DNA of 64,000 nt from positions 30,056-94,055 of the forward strand of contig CAJXEC010000001.1 of NCBI GenBank assembly GCA_913052165.1, given 5' to 3'. The notes beneath the pieces are model-generated. The model ran no database searches and was not told the DNA's origin. It was given only the letters and a program-made list of their open reading frames with translations. The position numbers and the translations under genes are program-made. This DNA comes from an uncultured Rhodospirillaceae bacterium. GTDB lineage: Bacteria > Pseudomonadota > Alphaproteobacteria > MPNO01 > UBA2964. Positions 18,112 to 27,176 of the stretch are shown piece after piece; position 1 is the first letter of the stretch, and each line of letters begins with the position of its first letter.

Positions 18112-19431
18112 GGCGCAAGTACGAAAGCCAGTGAACAAGTCACGGCGGTCTAGAAAACAAAAATGTCGAAAGGTATTCCAAACGGAACGAGATCGAGTAA
18201 CCCAAGAACCACCCCGCAAAACAGGGTGGGCGCCATCCATAAAGGGTCTGGACCAATGCTCCATCGCATCCGGGGTAAAACCCGGATAGTCAGACAGAAC
18301 TGATTGGGTCCACTCCCACACATTACCCATCATTTGACGCAACCCGTATGCACTATCTCCTGCTGAAAAAGCGCTTACTGCGCAAGGACCTGCTCCGATA
18401 CAATCCAGATTCGCGACATGTTCCTCGTGTGGATCATCGCCCCATGGATAACGCATTTTAGGGCCGCGGATTCTCTCCCGAGAGTGGGGCGAGAGCGATG
18501 CCGCTATTTCCCATTCTCCTTCCCATGGAAGGCGCCGACCTGCCCATCTACACCACGCATCAGCCTCAAACCAATTAACGTGACAAATTGGTTCATAGAT
18601 ATTTAGTGCACGCCAATGACCAAAGCGTTTTTGCTGCCATCCGTCAGCAGTGCGTCTCCAATAAATAGGATTTGACGCTTGAAAATGACACCGCCAACTC
18701 CAACCCGCCTCGGACCATAACTCCTCTCGGTCGTAACCTTTATCTTCGACAAATGCAATAAATTCTCCATTCGTGACAGCTGCCGGAGATATCGAGAACG
18801 GCTCAACTTCATACCCGTGTCCCCATTTCTCATTGTCCAAGTAAAAAGGATCTTCTGGAACCGCACCAAGAGAGTGAACCCCCCCTGGTATATTTATATC
18901 CGCTGTTGGTAGAGGAGCGGGCTTAGGTTTGTAGTTTCCGATAAATTTCGGTGGAGAAAGACCCAAAGTTTGGAGCTGAGTAATCAAACTTTCTCCCCAC
19001 ATGTCTTCCCGCTGAATACACATTCTGCACAGAAATGTGGTCTCTGGTGAAGCAAACCGACCCGCCCCCAACGCCGCGGGGACTGCATCGGCTATTTGTT
19101 CAAAAAAGTTCAGTAAGAACTCTCGTTTTGGCAAATCAAGCCCCCAAAGGTCTGGATGCCTGACCTGTCGGTCATCGAAAAACTCACCCATTTCCGGGAT
19201 ATTTGAGGGGCGGCTATTTGACCTCTGAAGCAAGTAATTATCGTAAAGCCATGCAATATGACCTAGGACCCACAATGGCGGTGACAAATTTCTCTTGCGA
19301 GGAACAATTAATTCTCTCTCATCAAGTCCATTTATAAGATCAACAGTTCGACGGTTTGAGTCCTTCATTGCCAACAACAGACTCTCTACAGCCATTGGAT
19401 TCAAGGTCGAGGGGGGACGAGTAAAAGTCAT
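18106..19431 (-). CDS. SenA/EgtB-like protein (DinB-like plus FGE-sulfatase domains) with altered metal-binding motif
   Basis: SPPLWVLGHIAW, DNEKWGH, VTNGEFIAFVEDKGY, HVNWFEADAWCRWAGRRLP, GNVWEWT, VLRGGSW, FTGFRTC. The HEDMHGE position reads REDMWGE. Confidence 0.88.
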   Translation of the reverse strand: MTFTRPPSTLNPMAVESLLLAMKDSNRRTVDLINGLDERELIVPRKRNLSPPLWVLGHIAWLYDNYLLQRSNSRPSNIPEMGEFFDDRQVRHPDLWGLDLPKREFLLNFFEQIADAVPAALGAGRFASPETTFLCRMCIQREDMWGESLITQLQTLGLSPPKFIGNYKPKPAPLPTADINIPGGVHSLGAVPEDPFYLDNEKWGHGYEVEPFSISPAAVTNGEFIAFVEDKGYDREELWSEAGWSWRCHFQASNPIYWRRTADGWQQKRFGHWRALNIYEPICHVNWFEADAWCRWAGRRLPWEGEWEIAASLSPHSRERIRGPKMRYPWGDDPHEEHVANLDCIGAGPCAVSAFSAGDSAYGLRQMMGNVWEWTQSVLSDYPGFTPDAMEHWSRPFMDGAHPVLRGGSWVTRSRSVWNTFRHFCFLDRRDLFTGFRTCAL

Positions 19432-19520
19432 GCTTTTTTTTTATCATTTAAACGTTGGTTGGACGTCGCGTGAGTAATAAGTTACCTCTATGTCGGATTA
19501 TATCAGAAAGAAGATGAGCT

Positions 19521-20102
19521 ATGGAATTTGAAAACCAATTTGATGTGCCGGTCAATGCCGATGAGGCTTGGAAGATTTTACTGGATATCCAAAGCATAGC
19601 CCCGTGCGTTCCAGGTGCAAAACTGACGGAAATCGTCGACGAGAAGACCTACAAGGGGACAATTTCTGTCAAACTCGGCCCCGTAGCGCTTACGTTCAAC
19701 GGCCGTACAAGCTTCGAAAATATTGATGACGCCGAGAAAAGTGCAAAGCTCATCGCACAAGGGAACGACAGCAAGGGTCGGGGCGGTGCCAATGCAAAAG
19801 TTAAGTTTAGAATCGAAAATGTGGATAGCGGGGCGCGAGTCTTCATTTCTACTAATCTGCAACTCTCTGGGTCAGTTGCCCAATACGGTCGAGGTGTCGG
19901 AATGATCAAAGACCTCGCTCAACAAATTATCGATCAATTTTCCGAGAACCTTCGAAACAATGTGATAACACCCTCCGTCAAGCATGGAGAAAAGGCCTCC
20001 ATGCCCCACGGCGCGGCTCCCGCTCAGGTCGGAAGTATAGGGTTAAGAGTGCTCTGGAACGCAATTCTCAGAAGAATTAAAACTTTTTTTAGGGCTCAGT
20101 GA
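19521..20102 (+). CDS. coxG: CoxG / SRPBCC family protein
   Basis: AWKILLDIQSIAPCVPGA, VKLGPV, GSVAQYGRG, FSENL. Confidence 0.85.
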   Translation: MEFENQFDVPVNADEAWKILLDIQSIAPCVPGAKLTEIVDEKTYKGTISVKLGPVALTFNGRTSFENIDDAEKSAKLIAQGNDSKGRGGANAKVKFRIENVDSGARVFISTNLQLSGSVAQYGRGVGMIKDLAQQIIDQFSENLRNNVITPSVKHGEKASMPHGAAPAQVGSIGLRVLWNAILRRIKTFFRAQ

Positions 20103-20503
20103 ATTTGCTGCTTTATATCAGTGGTCAGAGGGTCATATCCGGGAGCGGAGGTGGGACCAGCGTGGTGATGGATCATCAGCCAAGACCCACTCTCGAATAA
20201 AAAAAGATTGGTCGCTATTAAATATTGATTTTCCAACTTTTCAAGGCAGACCACTGACCCTACAGCTCCCGCTTTCGTTACGATCGGATTAATCGGAGTA
20301 ATTTTGCTCTTTTCGGAAGCTCCTAAGATTAAAGCCCAGCTCTCCAAGACGTCTTTGTAACCACGCAACGGGCCCCACCCCGGGTGTATACAGAGGATGT
20401 CATTGCTGTTTCTCCAGAGGGATCGCATTTGTTGAACATCCCTCGCTGAAAATGCGTCATAAAAAGTTTCATTCGCAAAAAGTAGAGTTTCAATTTCAGC
20501 CAT
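20096..20503 (-). CDS. SnoaL/NTF2-like fold protein
   Basis: ANETFYDAF, CIHPGW, ATNLF, WLMIHHHA. Confidence 0.8.
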   Translation of the reverse strand: MAEIETLLFANETFYDAFSARDVQQMRSLWRNSNDILCIHPGWGPLRGYKDVLESWALILGASEKSKITPINPIVTKAGAVGSVVCLEKLENQYLIATNLFLFESGSWLMIHHHAGPTSAPGYDPLTTDIKQQIH

Positions 20504-20526
20504 CAGTCGCCGACAAAAAAAAGTAA

Positions 20527-20603
20527 TGGCGCGCCCGGGAAGATTCGAACTCCCGACCCCCAGATTCGTAGTCTGGTGCTCTATCCAGCTGAGCTACGGG
20601 CGC
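20527..20603 (-). tRNA. tRNA-Arg(ACG)
   Basis: GCGCCCGTAGCTCAGCTGGATAGAGCACCAGACTACGAATCTGGGGGTCGGGAGTTCGAATCTTCCCGGGCGCGCCA: cloverleaf, anticodon ACG, encoded CCA. Confidence 0.98.
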
Positions 20604-20651
20604 ATCAAAATGACTAGGGCGCTTCCGAAACATTAGCGCCAAAGGCGCTGG

Positions 20652-20680
20652 ACGTTACTGAAATTGATCTGCTAATGCAA
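20652..20680 (-). promoter_or_regulatory. Candidate sigma70 promoter of tRNA-Arg
   Basis: Minus strand TTGCAT-17 bp-TAACGT, about 50 nt upstream of the tRNA. Confidence 0.5.
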
Positions 20681-20720
20681 GTAGCTCTTAAAAGGGCGAA
20701 AATTCAGGGCAAAAACCGCC

Positions 20721-20749
20721 TTGTGAAGACATGGCCCATTAGGTACTAT
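20721..20749 (+). promoter_or_regulatory. Candidate sigma70 promoter of the 402-aa lipoprotein gene
   Basis: TTGTGA-17 bp-TACTAT, divergent from the tRNA promoter. Confidence 0.4.
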
Positions 20750-20846
20750 ACACTCAGCATGAGTAAATTTGTTTAGATTTAAAATTATATTCCCAGTGGC
20801 TGGTGCTTAATTATCAGTCACCAACTAGTTTAGCGAGGCCCAACGA

Positions 20847-22055
20847 ATGCCCCGAAAGAATGCCTTTGCCACCCTTTTGATGCCTGCAGCTCTCCTTGCC
20901 GGGTGTTCAATGGACATGAAGATGCCTTCTATGGATAGTTTCTCTATGGAGAGCCTTTGGCCGTCTTTTTTGAACGAAGAACCTAAAATCACGGAGTCAA
21001 AGAAAGTAAAAGTCAGGCCTACAACAAAAATTGCAATCAGACCTTCGAAAGGCGAAAAAGCGGATCAACCTCTGGTCAATCCGGGATCACCCCCCACACT
21101 CAACTCAACAAACTTCGTTCCACCAAAGATTACCTCGGGTCAAGAGACAGGCACCTTTGTAGGTCAAAAGGTTAAAATGCTCCGTGACGAGCTCAAAAGA
21201 ATGCAGTCGGAGATTACTCGTCACAATAAGTCATTGCAGAAAATGAGGGCGCAAACCAAAAGCAATGCCGAACGATATCATAACTCGATTGGGTCAATAA
21301 ATTCCAGGCTGCAGGTTGGTACGACACCGGGAAACCCCTTTTTGGTCAAACAATGGAATATTGGGCAACAACAACTCTCAAAGATTGATGGCGACATTGG
21401 AAAAATGAATTCCCTTGCTAATGCTGTGGCAGGATCCAGCACCATGTCATCGTACTTGCTGGAAACTACCAGAGCTGCCTATGGGATAACTGGTGCGATT
21501 GATGACGACCACCGACAGCTGGCGATTCTTGAGGATGAAGTAAATAGAACAGTCGTGTTGATAGATCGTTTGTTGAATGAGTTAAGCGAAGATATCGCGA
21601 GGCAATCCGCCTACGTGTCAAATGAACGGTCCAATCTAACAACACTCTCACTTGCAATCAAAAATGGCGAATTGCTTGGCACTAGTTTAGCCAATAGAGC
21701 CTACGCGCCGAGAAGCGATTATTCGATCATCAGCGGACCAGATCCTGTATCTAATCGCAGCCCATTAGTCGTAATCCGTTTTGATCGCCCAAACGTTCAG
21801 TATAAACAAGCATTATACACTGCGGTCAATCAGGCCTTAAAGAGGCGTCCAGACGCCGGGTTTGATATCGTAGCAGTGACCTCGGCACAAGGATCGGGCG
21901 CAAAAATTACTGTGGAAAGCAACAAAGCCAAACGAAATGCTGAGGCAGTTCTGCGCTCTCTGTCCGAGATGGGCCTGTCTTTAGATCGCGTGAGGCTCTC
22001 GTCAAAAACGAGTCGCTCTGCCCGATCTAATGAAGTGCATCTTTTTGTAAGGTAA
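20847..22055 (+). CDS. Hypothetical lipoprotein with long coiled-coil region
   Basis: Lipobox LLAGC; Pro/Lys-rich linker; heptad-like helical core; compact alpha/beta C-terminal domain (PLVVIRFDRPNV...NEVHLFVR). Confidence 0.8.
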   Translation: MPRKNAFATLLMPAALLAGCSMDMKMPSMDSFSMESLWPSFLNEEPKITESKKVKVRPTTKIAIRPSKGEKADQPLVNPGSPPTLNSTNFVPPKITSGQETGTFVGQKVKMLRDELKRMQSEITRHNKSLQKMRAQTKSNAERYHNSIGSINSRLQVGTTPGNPFLVKQWNIGQQQLSKIDGDIGKMNSLANAVAGSSTMSSYLLETTRAAYGITGAIDDDHRQLAILEDEVNRTVVLIDRLLNELSEDIARQSAYVSNERSNLTTLSLAIKNGELLGTSLANRAYAPRSDYSIISGPDPVSNRSPLVVIRFDRPNVQYKQALYTAVNQALKRRPDAGFDIVAVTSAQGSGAKITVESNKAKRNAEAVLRSLSEMGLSLDRVRLSSKTSRSARSNEVHLFVR

Positions 22056-22152
22056 ATCGAGAGCACTCGTTACTGCCTACCCAGAAGGCGACAAAACGAC
22101 GACGAACAGCAGCGTGACATGTCCGTCATTTTGATTGTTTTAAAAAGAAGTT

Positions 22153-22187
22153 TAAGGGTTTTACCGACCCGTTTTTTTAAGCCCTTA
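22153..22187. terminator. Possible terminator hairpin between convergent genes
   Basis: GGGT/ACCC stem followed by G-T7, or alternatively TAAGGGTTT/AAGCCCTTA pairing, between the lipoprotein gene and panC. Confidence 0.35.
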
Positions 22188-22196
22188 CTGGTGCAT

Positions 22197-23036
22197 CTAA
22201 AGCTGAACATTATCAATCAATCGGGTTTTTCCAATATTTGCGGCGGCGAGAAGTCGAGCTGGGCGGTCGTAAAATTGCATATTTTCGAGTGTTTCTGAAT
22301 CACACAAAGTGACATAATCGACTGATGAGAACCCACTGCTCCGTAATTCCTGATCAGCACGAGCGCAGATCTCGTCCGGTGTTTCTGGGTGGGCTTTTAT
22401 TTCCTCTGCCGCCCGACATAAAGTTCGATACAGTAAAGGTGCCAAACTTCTCTCAGATGGCGATAGATAAGCATTGCGCGAAGAAAGCGCCAAACCATCT
22501 GGCTCTCTTTCAGTCGGAGCAGAAACAATTTCAACAGGAATATTGAGATCACTCGAGATTTTTCGGATAACCAATAGTTGTTGATAATCTTTTTCACCAA
22601 AAATGGCTTTGTCAGGCTGCGATTGCATCAATAATTTGGTTACAATGGTCGCGACACCCCGGAAATGGCCCGGCCGAAACGCGCCACATAAGGTTTTCGA
22701 TACCGGACCAGGAATTATACCAGTTGAAAAGCCATCCGGGTACATTTCTTTGTCATCAGGTGTAAATAGCAGATCTGCCCCAACAACTTTTAGGATTTCT
22801 GTGTCCTGCGCGAGATTTGACGGATAAGATCCTAGATCTTCATTTTTTCCAAACTGGAAAGGGTTAAGAAAAATCGTCACTATAGTTTGGTCACAGATGA
22901 TCTGACCAAGCCTTACAAGGCTCAAATGACCCTCGTGTAGCGCACCCATGGTCGGAATTAGGGCTACAGTTTTCCCGGCTCTTCGCCAACTAGATGCTGC
23001 CGCGCGAAGCGCGTCTATTGTCCTAACAATAATCAT
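22197..23036 (-). CDS. panC: Pantoate--beta-alanine ligase
   Basis: PTMGALHEGH, RPGHFRGV, FGEKDYQQ, GLALSSRN, RLIDN. Confidence 0.97.
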   Translation of the reverse strand: MIIVRTIDALRAAASSWRRAGKTVALIPTMGALHEGHLSLVRLGQIICDQTIVTIFLNPFQFGKNEDLGSYPSNLAQDTEILKVVGADLLFTPDDKEMYPDGFSTGIIPGPVSKTLCGAFRPGHFRGVATIVTKLLMQSQPDKAIFGEKDYQQLLVIRKISSDLNIPVEIVSAPTEREPDGLALSSRNAYLSPSERSLAPLLYRTLCRAAEEIKAHPETPDEICARADQELRSSGFSSVDYVTLCDSETLENMQFYDRPARLLAAANIGKTRLIDNVQL

Positions 23037-23059
23037 ACAAATGATGCCCAGACAGATAT

Positions 23060-23893
23060 TTATTCTTTTTTTACCGCAGCGGGCTGAGAGACATTGTCTG
23101 GACCCGGAAAGCGACGAGCTTTGACATCCTTCGAGTAGTTAGTTGCTGCTTTCTCTATTTCCAAACTGAGATCAGCATAACGCTTTACAAATCTCGGTGT
23201 AAAATCATTGAATAACCCAAGCATATCCTCTGATACCAAAACTTGACCGTCGCACTCTGCACTCGCCCCTATACCCACAGTCGGAATTGGCACCGAATGA
23301 GTCACGGCCCGGCCAATTGATTCCATAACTCCTTCAACCACAATGGAGAATGCTCCTGCATCAGAGATAGCCCTGGCGTCAGAAATAATAGCAGCGGCCT
23401 CCTCTTTGTTCCTTCCAACAGCCTTATAACCGCCGAGCTTATTAACACTTTGGGGCATTAATCCTACGTGCCCCATTACTGGGATTCCACGGTCCACCAA
23501 GAAGGCAACCGTTTCTGCCATTTCGACGCCACCCTCAATCTTTACAGCACCACAACCGGTTCTCTTAATTACTTTCGCAGCGTTCCGAAAAGCTTGTTCA
23601 GGGGATTCCTGGTACGTGCCAAATGGCATATCCACAGTCACACAAGCCCTTGAAGAACCACGAACCACCGCAGCCCCATGCCCAATCATCATCTCTAAAG
23701 TTACTCCGAGAGTGCTTGGCAAACCATAGAGAACCATACCAACAGAGTCGCCGACAATAAAAACATCCGTTACCGCGTCCAAAAATGATGCCATCGGCGC
23801 GCTGTACGCCGTTAAGGAAACGATCGGCTCACCTCCCTTTCGAGCCTTTAAATCAGGAGCAGTAATTCGACTTCTTTTATTAGATACGCTCAT
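23060..23893 (-). CDS. panB: 3-methyl-2-oxobutanoate hydroxymethyltransferase
   Basis: [42 protein letters not shown]. Confidence 0.97.
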   Translation of the reverse strand: MSVSNKRSRITAPDLKARKGGEPIVSLTAYSAPMASFLDAVTDVFIVGDSVGMVLYGLPSTLGVTLEMMIGHGAAVVRGSSRACVTVDMPFGTYQESPEQAFRNAAKVIKRTGCGAVKIEGGVEMAETVAFLVDRGIPVMGHVGLMPQSVNKLGGYKAVGRNKEEAAAIISDARAISDAGAFSIVVEGVMESIGRAVTHSVPIPTVGIGASAECDGQVLVSEDMLGLFNDFTPRFVKRYADLSLEIEKAATNYSKDVKARRFPGPDNVSQPAAVKKE

Positions 23894-24014
23894 CTAGAAA
23901 CTCCTAATCTCATCACCTATTGTCACCAAACCGGAAAAACCGCTAGGATATTTACCTTTAAAACCACGCTCGTTAAAGATCTTTCCGCCGCTTCCCTAGA
24001 TCGAGAGAGAAATT

Positions 24015-25769
24015 TTGATCGCACTCAACAAAATTTTTATAAATCTCATTCGGCTCATCAGCGTTACATTTTTGGCTGGATGTGCCAATTCGCCCTCCTT
24101 GGACCTGACCGAGAGAAAGTCGGTCTACTCCAAAAATCACATGGTCAGCGCTGCTAACCCGCATGCGACAAAGGCCGGCCTTGATATCTTAAGAGCAGGG
24201 GGCAGCGCCGTAGATGCCGCAATCGCAGTCCAAATGGTCTTGACCCTTGTGGAGCCTCAAGCATCTGGTATTGGCGGTGGCGGGTTCCTGCTCCATTTTA
24301 AACCCAGTGCAAAATACACATCTTCTCTCCTTTCTGCTTATGATGGGCGCGAAATAGCACCCAGCGGAGCGACTGAAACTTTGTTTTTAAGGGAAGATGG
24401 AGAACCTCTGTCATGGAATGAACGGAAAATTGGCGGTAAAAGCGTAGGGGTTCCTGGCATAATTCGAATGCTGGCTCTCGCCCATCAAGATCATGGACGC
24501 CTGCCCTGGAAAAAACTTTTTGACCCCGCCATCAGACTAGCGCAAGCGGGATTCCCGGTTTCTCCCAGACTGAATAAAATGATTCGGCGCGACAAATTTT
24601 TAGCCAATTTCCCAACCGCCGCCAACTTTTACTTTCTACCGGGTGGAACTCCACTACCAGTAGGTCACTTGCTAAAAAACCTAGAACTAGCGAACACCCT
24701 ATCCCGACTTGCCAATGAGGGTCCAGAAGCCTTCTACATCGGAGATATTCCTAGAGCGATTGCTCGAAAGGTCCGCGAAACACACCATCTTCCAAGCCAG
24801 ATGAAAGAGAGTGATATCAAAGATTATACCGCTAAACGACGTTCAATTCTCTGTTTACCATATCGCACTTGGAATATTTGCGGGATGCCTCCGCCTACCT
24901 CGGGGGGGATAACAACGCTGCAAATTTTAAAGTTACTTGAGAGGTTTGACCTGGCCCAGGTTGCACCCGGATCAGCAAAGGCGATCCATCTTATATCAGA
25001 GGCCAGTCGCCTAGCGTTTGCGGATCGCAATCAGTATCTTGGTGACCCAGATTTTGTACAGATACCCGTTCAAGGTCTACTCAATGAAAAATATCTTCGG
25101 CAACGGGCATCCGAGATCTCTCCGTTTCAGGCCATGGGAAAGGCAAAACCGGGATCCCCAGTCTCAGAGAAAAGGCTCCCCTCTTTGAGTTCGGATAGGG
25201 GAGGCCAACGACCGGATTCGACAAGCCATATTTCAATTGTTGATCAATATGGAGAGGCTATCTCAATGACGACGAGTATCGGAACCGCTTTTGGTTCAAG
25301 GATCATGGTTAAAGGGTTCATGCTTAATGACCAATTGGCAGACTTCTCTCCACTCCCCCGCGACAAATCTGGAACACCGAAAGCTAATAGGCCAGGGTCA
25401 AAAAAAAGACCTCGCAGCTCGATGGCACCGACCTTTGTCCTGGATAAAGACGGCAAGCTCGTTATGGCTGTGGGTTCGCCAGGGGGATCAAGCATAATCG
25501 GATATGTTGTAAAAACTCTTGTTGCGGCTTTGGATTGGAACTTACCGATGCAAGCGGCAATAGATTTACCTAATTTTATCAATAAGAATGGGCGTACTGA
25601 ACTAGAAAAAGATACACCTATTACTACTTTTTCTGAGACTCTCGAATACTTAGGCCACAAAATTTATATCCGAACTAAAACTAGTGGTTTACACGGTATC
25701 CGTATTGGAAAGGGGCAACTTGAAGGGGGAGCTGACAAACGGCGAGAGGGTATAGTTTTAGGTGACTGA
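24015..25769 (+). CDS. ggt: Gamma-glutamyltransferase (lipoprotein)
   Basis: Lipobox FLAGC; GGSAVDAAIA, EPQASGIGGG, DGRE, PPPTSGG, nucleophile Thr in STSHISIVD, RPRSSMAP, GSPGG. Confidence 0.94.
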   Translation: MIALNKIFINLIRLISVTFLAGCANSPSLDLTERKSVYSKNHMVSAANPHATKAGLDILRAGGSAVDAAIAVQMVLTLVEPQASGIGGGGFLLHFKPSAKYTSSLLSAYDGREIAPSGATETLFLREDGEPLSWNERKIGGKSVGVPGIIRMLALAHQDHGRLPWKKLFDPAIRLAQAGFPVSPRLNKMIRRDKFLANFPTAANFYFLPGGTPLPVGHLLKNLELANTLSRLANEGPEAFYIGDIPRAIARKVRETHHLPSQMKESDIKDYTAKRRSILCLPYRTWNICGMPPPTSGGITTLQILKLLERFDLAQVAPGSAKAIHLISEASRLAFADRNQYLGDPDFVQIPVQGLLNEKYLRQRASEISPFQAMGKAKPGSPVSEKRLPSLSSDRGGQRPDSTSHISIVDQYGEAISMTTSIGTAFGSRIMVKGFMLNDQLADFSPLPRDKSGTPKANRPGSKKRPRSSMAPTFVLDKDGKLVMAVGSPGGSSIIGYVVKTLVAALDWNLPMQAAIDLPNFINKNGRTELEKDTPITTFSETLEYLGHKIYIRTKTSGLHGIRIGKGQLEGGADKRREGIVLGD

Positions 25770-25786
25770 AAAATGCTTTTCCTAAT

Positions 25787-26689
25787 TTGTTAAATTTTTT
25801 TCACCGATGGCCTGGAGCCGTTCGTGGCGCTATTTGGATGGTCTTGGGTGGGACCTCACTCGTCCTCCTAGCGGTAACCATCCGAGACCTTCAAGACAGG
25901 TACGGCGTGTTGCAAATGATTTTTATGCGGAGCGTCATAAGCCTTTTACTTATCCTTCCCTGGGTCCTAAAGCAAAGGCGAAAAGATCTTCAAACGAGGA
26001 GGCTTGGGCTACATTGCTTCCGTAACGCTATTCATTACGTAGGCAACGTGGGCTGGTTTGTTGGGGTGACCCTTGTTCCTCTTGCGGACCTCTCTGCCCT
26101 GCAATTTACCGTGCCATTATTTACGATCTGCTTTGCTGCGTTATTCTTGCCCGAAAGGGTTGGATCACACCGCTGGATTGCTACTGCGATCGGCTTTGCA
26201 GGTGCTCTAGTCGTCATCAGGCCCGGATTTATAGAAATTAGTTTAGGAACAATTGCGGTAGTTTCTTCAGCTGCCTGTTACGCCGCTTCACAAGTATCAA
26301 CGAAATCCCTCTCTGAGACAGACAATCCAAACACAATATTGTTTTATATGTCGATAATTTTCATACCAATTTCTATAGTCCCCGCATTGGTGGATTGGGT
26401 TACACCATCGTGGGAAGATGCTTTTTCCATATTTTTTCTTGGTTTTTTTGGTTATCTCGCCCATGCCTGCATAATTCGTTCTTTTGCCGCCGCAGACGCA
26501 AGTTTTGTAATGCCATTTGATTTTGTTCGGCTTCCAATTGCCGCGGCGATAGGGTTTTTCCTTTATTATGAAAAGCCCGATCTTTGGGTCTGGATTGGTG
26601 CCATCATCATATTTGGCGCAACATATTTTAATACACGGAGAGAAACGCTCAAAACAGGGGATGGCCGAGAAGAAAAGGTTGATCAATAA
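25787..26689 (+). CDS. DMT/EamA family transporter
   Basis: About 10 TM segments; FTVPLF, GFAGALVVIRPG, ADASFVMPFDFVRLP. Confidence 0.88.
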   Translation: MLNFFHRWPGAVRGAIWMVLGGTSLVLLAVTIRDLQDRYGVLQMIFMRSVISLLLILPWVLKQRRKDLQTRRLGLHCFRNAIHYVGNVGWFVGVTLVPLADLSALQFTVPLFTICFAALFLPERVGSHRWIATAIGFAGALVVIRPGFIEISLGTIAVVSSAACYAASQVSTKSLSETDNPNTILFYMSIIFIPISIVPALVDWVTPSWEDAFSIFFLGFFGYLAHACIIRSFAAADASFVMPFDFVRLPIAAAIGFFLYYEKPDLWVWIGAIIIFGATYFNTRRETLKTGDGREEKVDQ

Positions 26690-26738
26690 TTTTAATTGTA
26701 AGAACTTTTCAGAAACGTTTCACTGTCAAGGAACTAAT

Positions 26739-27152
26739 ATGAGACCTTTTAGAATTTCAAAAATTGATCACGTCGTTATTCGGGTTTCAGATATTCAAAA
26801 ATCTATAGCATTTTACAGAGATATTTTGGGTTGCACCGAAGCAAGAATAAAGTCCAGCTCTGGCCTTTACCAATATCAGGCTGGAACTTCCATGATCGAT
26901 CTTGTTCCTCAAGAGAGCGAACTGGGGAAAAGAGGCGGATATGGATCTCCTCAAAAAGGTCGAAACGTCGATCATATTGCCCTATCAATTGATGGATTTG
27001 ACGAGCTTTCTCTCAGAGAATACCTAGAAGGATACGGAATAGAAATTATTGAGTCTGGTCGTCGTTTTGGTGCTGATGGATACGGACCTTCCATCTATTT
27101 TTCCGACCCAGACGATAATATAATCGAGTTAAAAGGACTGTCTCAGGATTAG
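26739..27152 (+). CDS. VOC/glyoxalase family protein
   Basis: IDHVVIRVSD, FYRDILG, NVDHIAL, SIYFSDPDDNIIELK. ATG 26739 follows an AAGGA RBS. Confidence 0.88.
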   Translation: MRPFRISKIDHVVIRVSDIQKSIAFYRDILGCTEARIKSSSGLYQYQAGTSMIDLVPQESELGKRGGYGSPQKGRNVDHIALSIDGFDELSLREYLEGYGIEIIESGRRFGADGYGPSIYFSDPDDNIIELKGLSQD

Positions 27153-27176
27153 CCTAGATCATTTAAAGGATGGAAA

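Noticed and set aside
18106..19431. Functional ergothioneine or selenoneine biosynthesis locus
   Set aside because: Metal-ligand histidines are substituted, and no egtD/egtC/senB/senC gene is nearby.
11700..20603. tRNA-Arg-anchored genomic island
   Set aside because: The accessory genes lie off the tRNA 3' end, but there is no integrase, I found no duplicated tRNA 3' end (att site) near 11.7 kb, and no obvious compositional shift is visible by eye.
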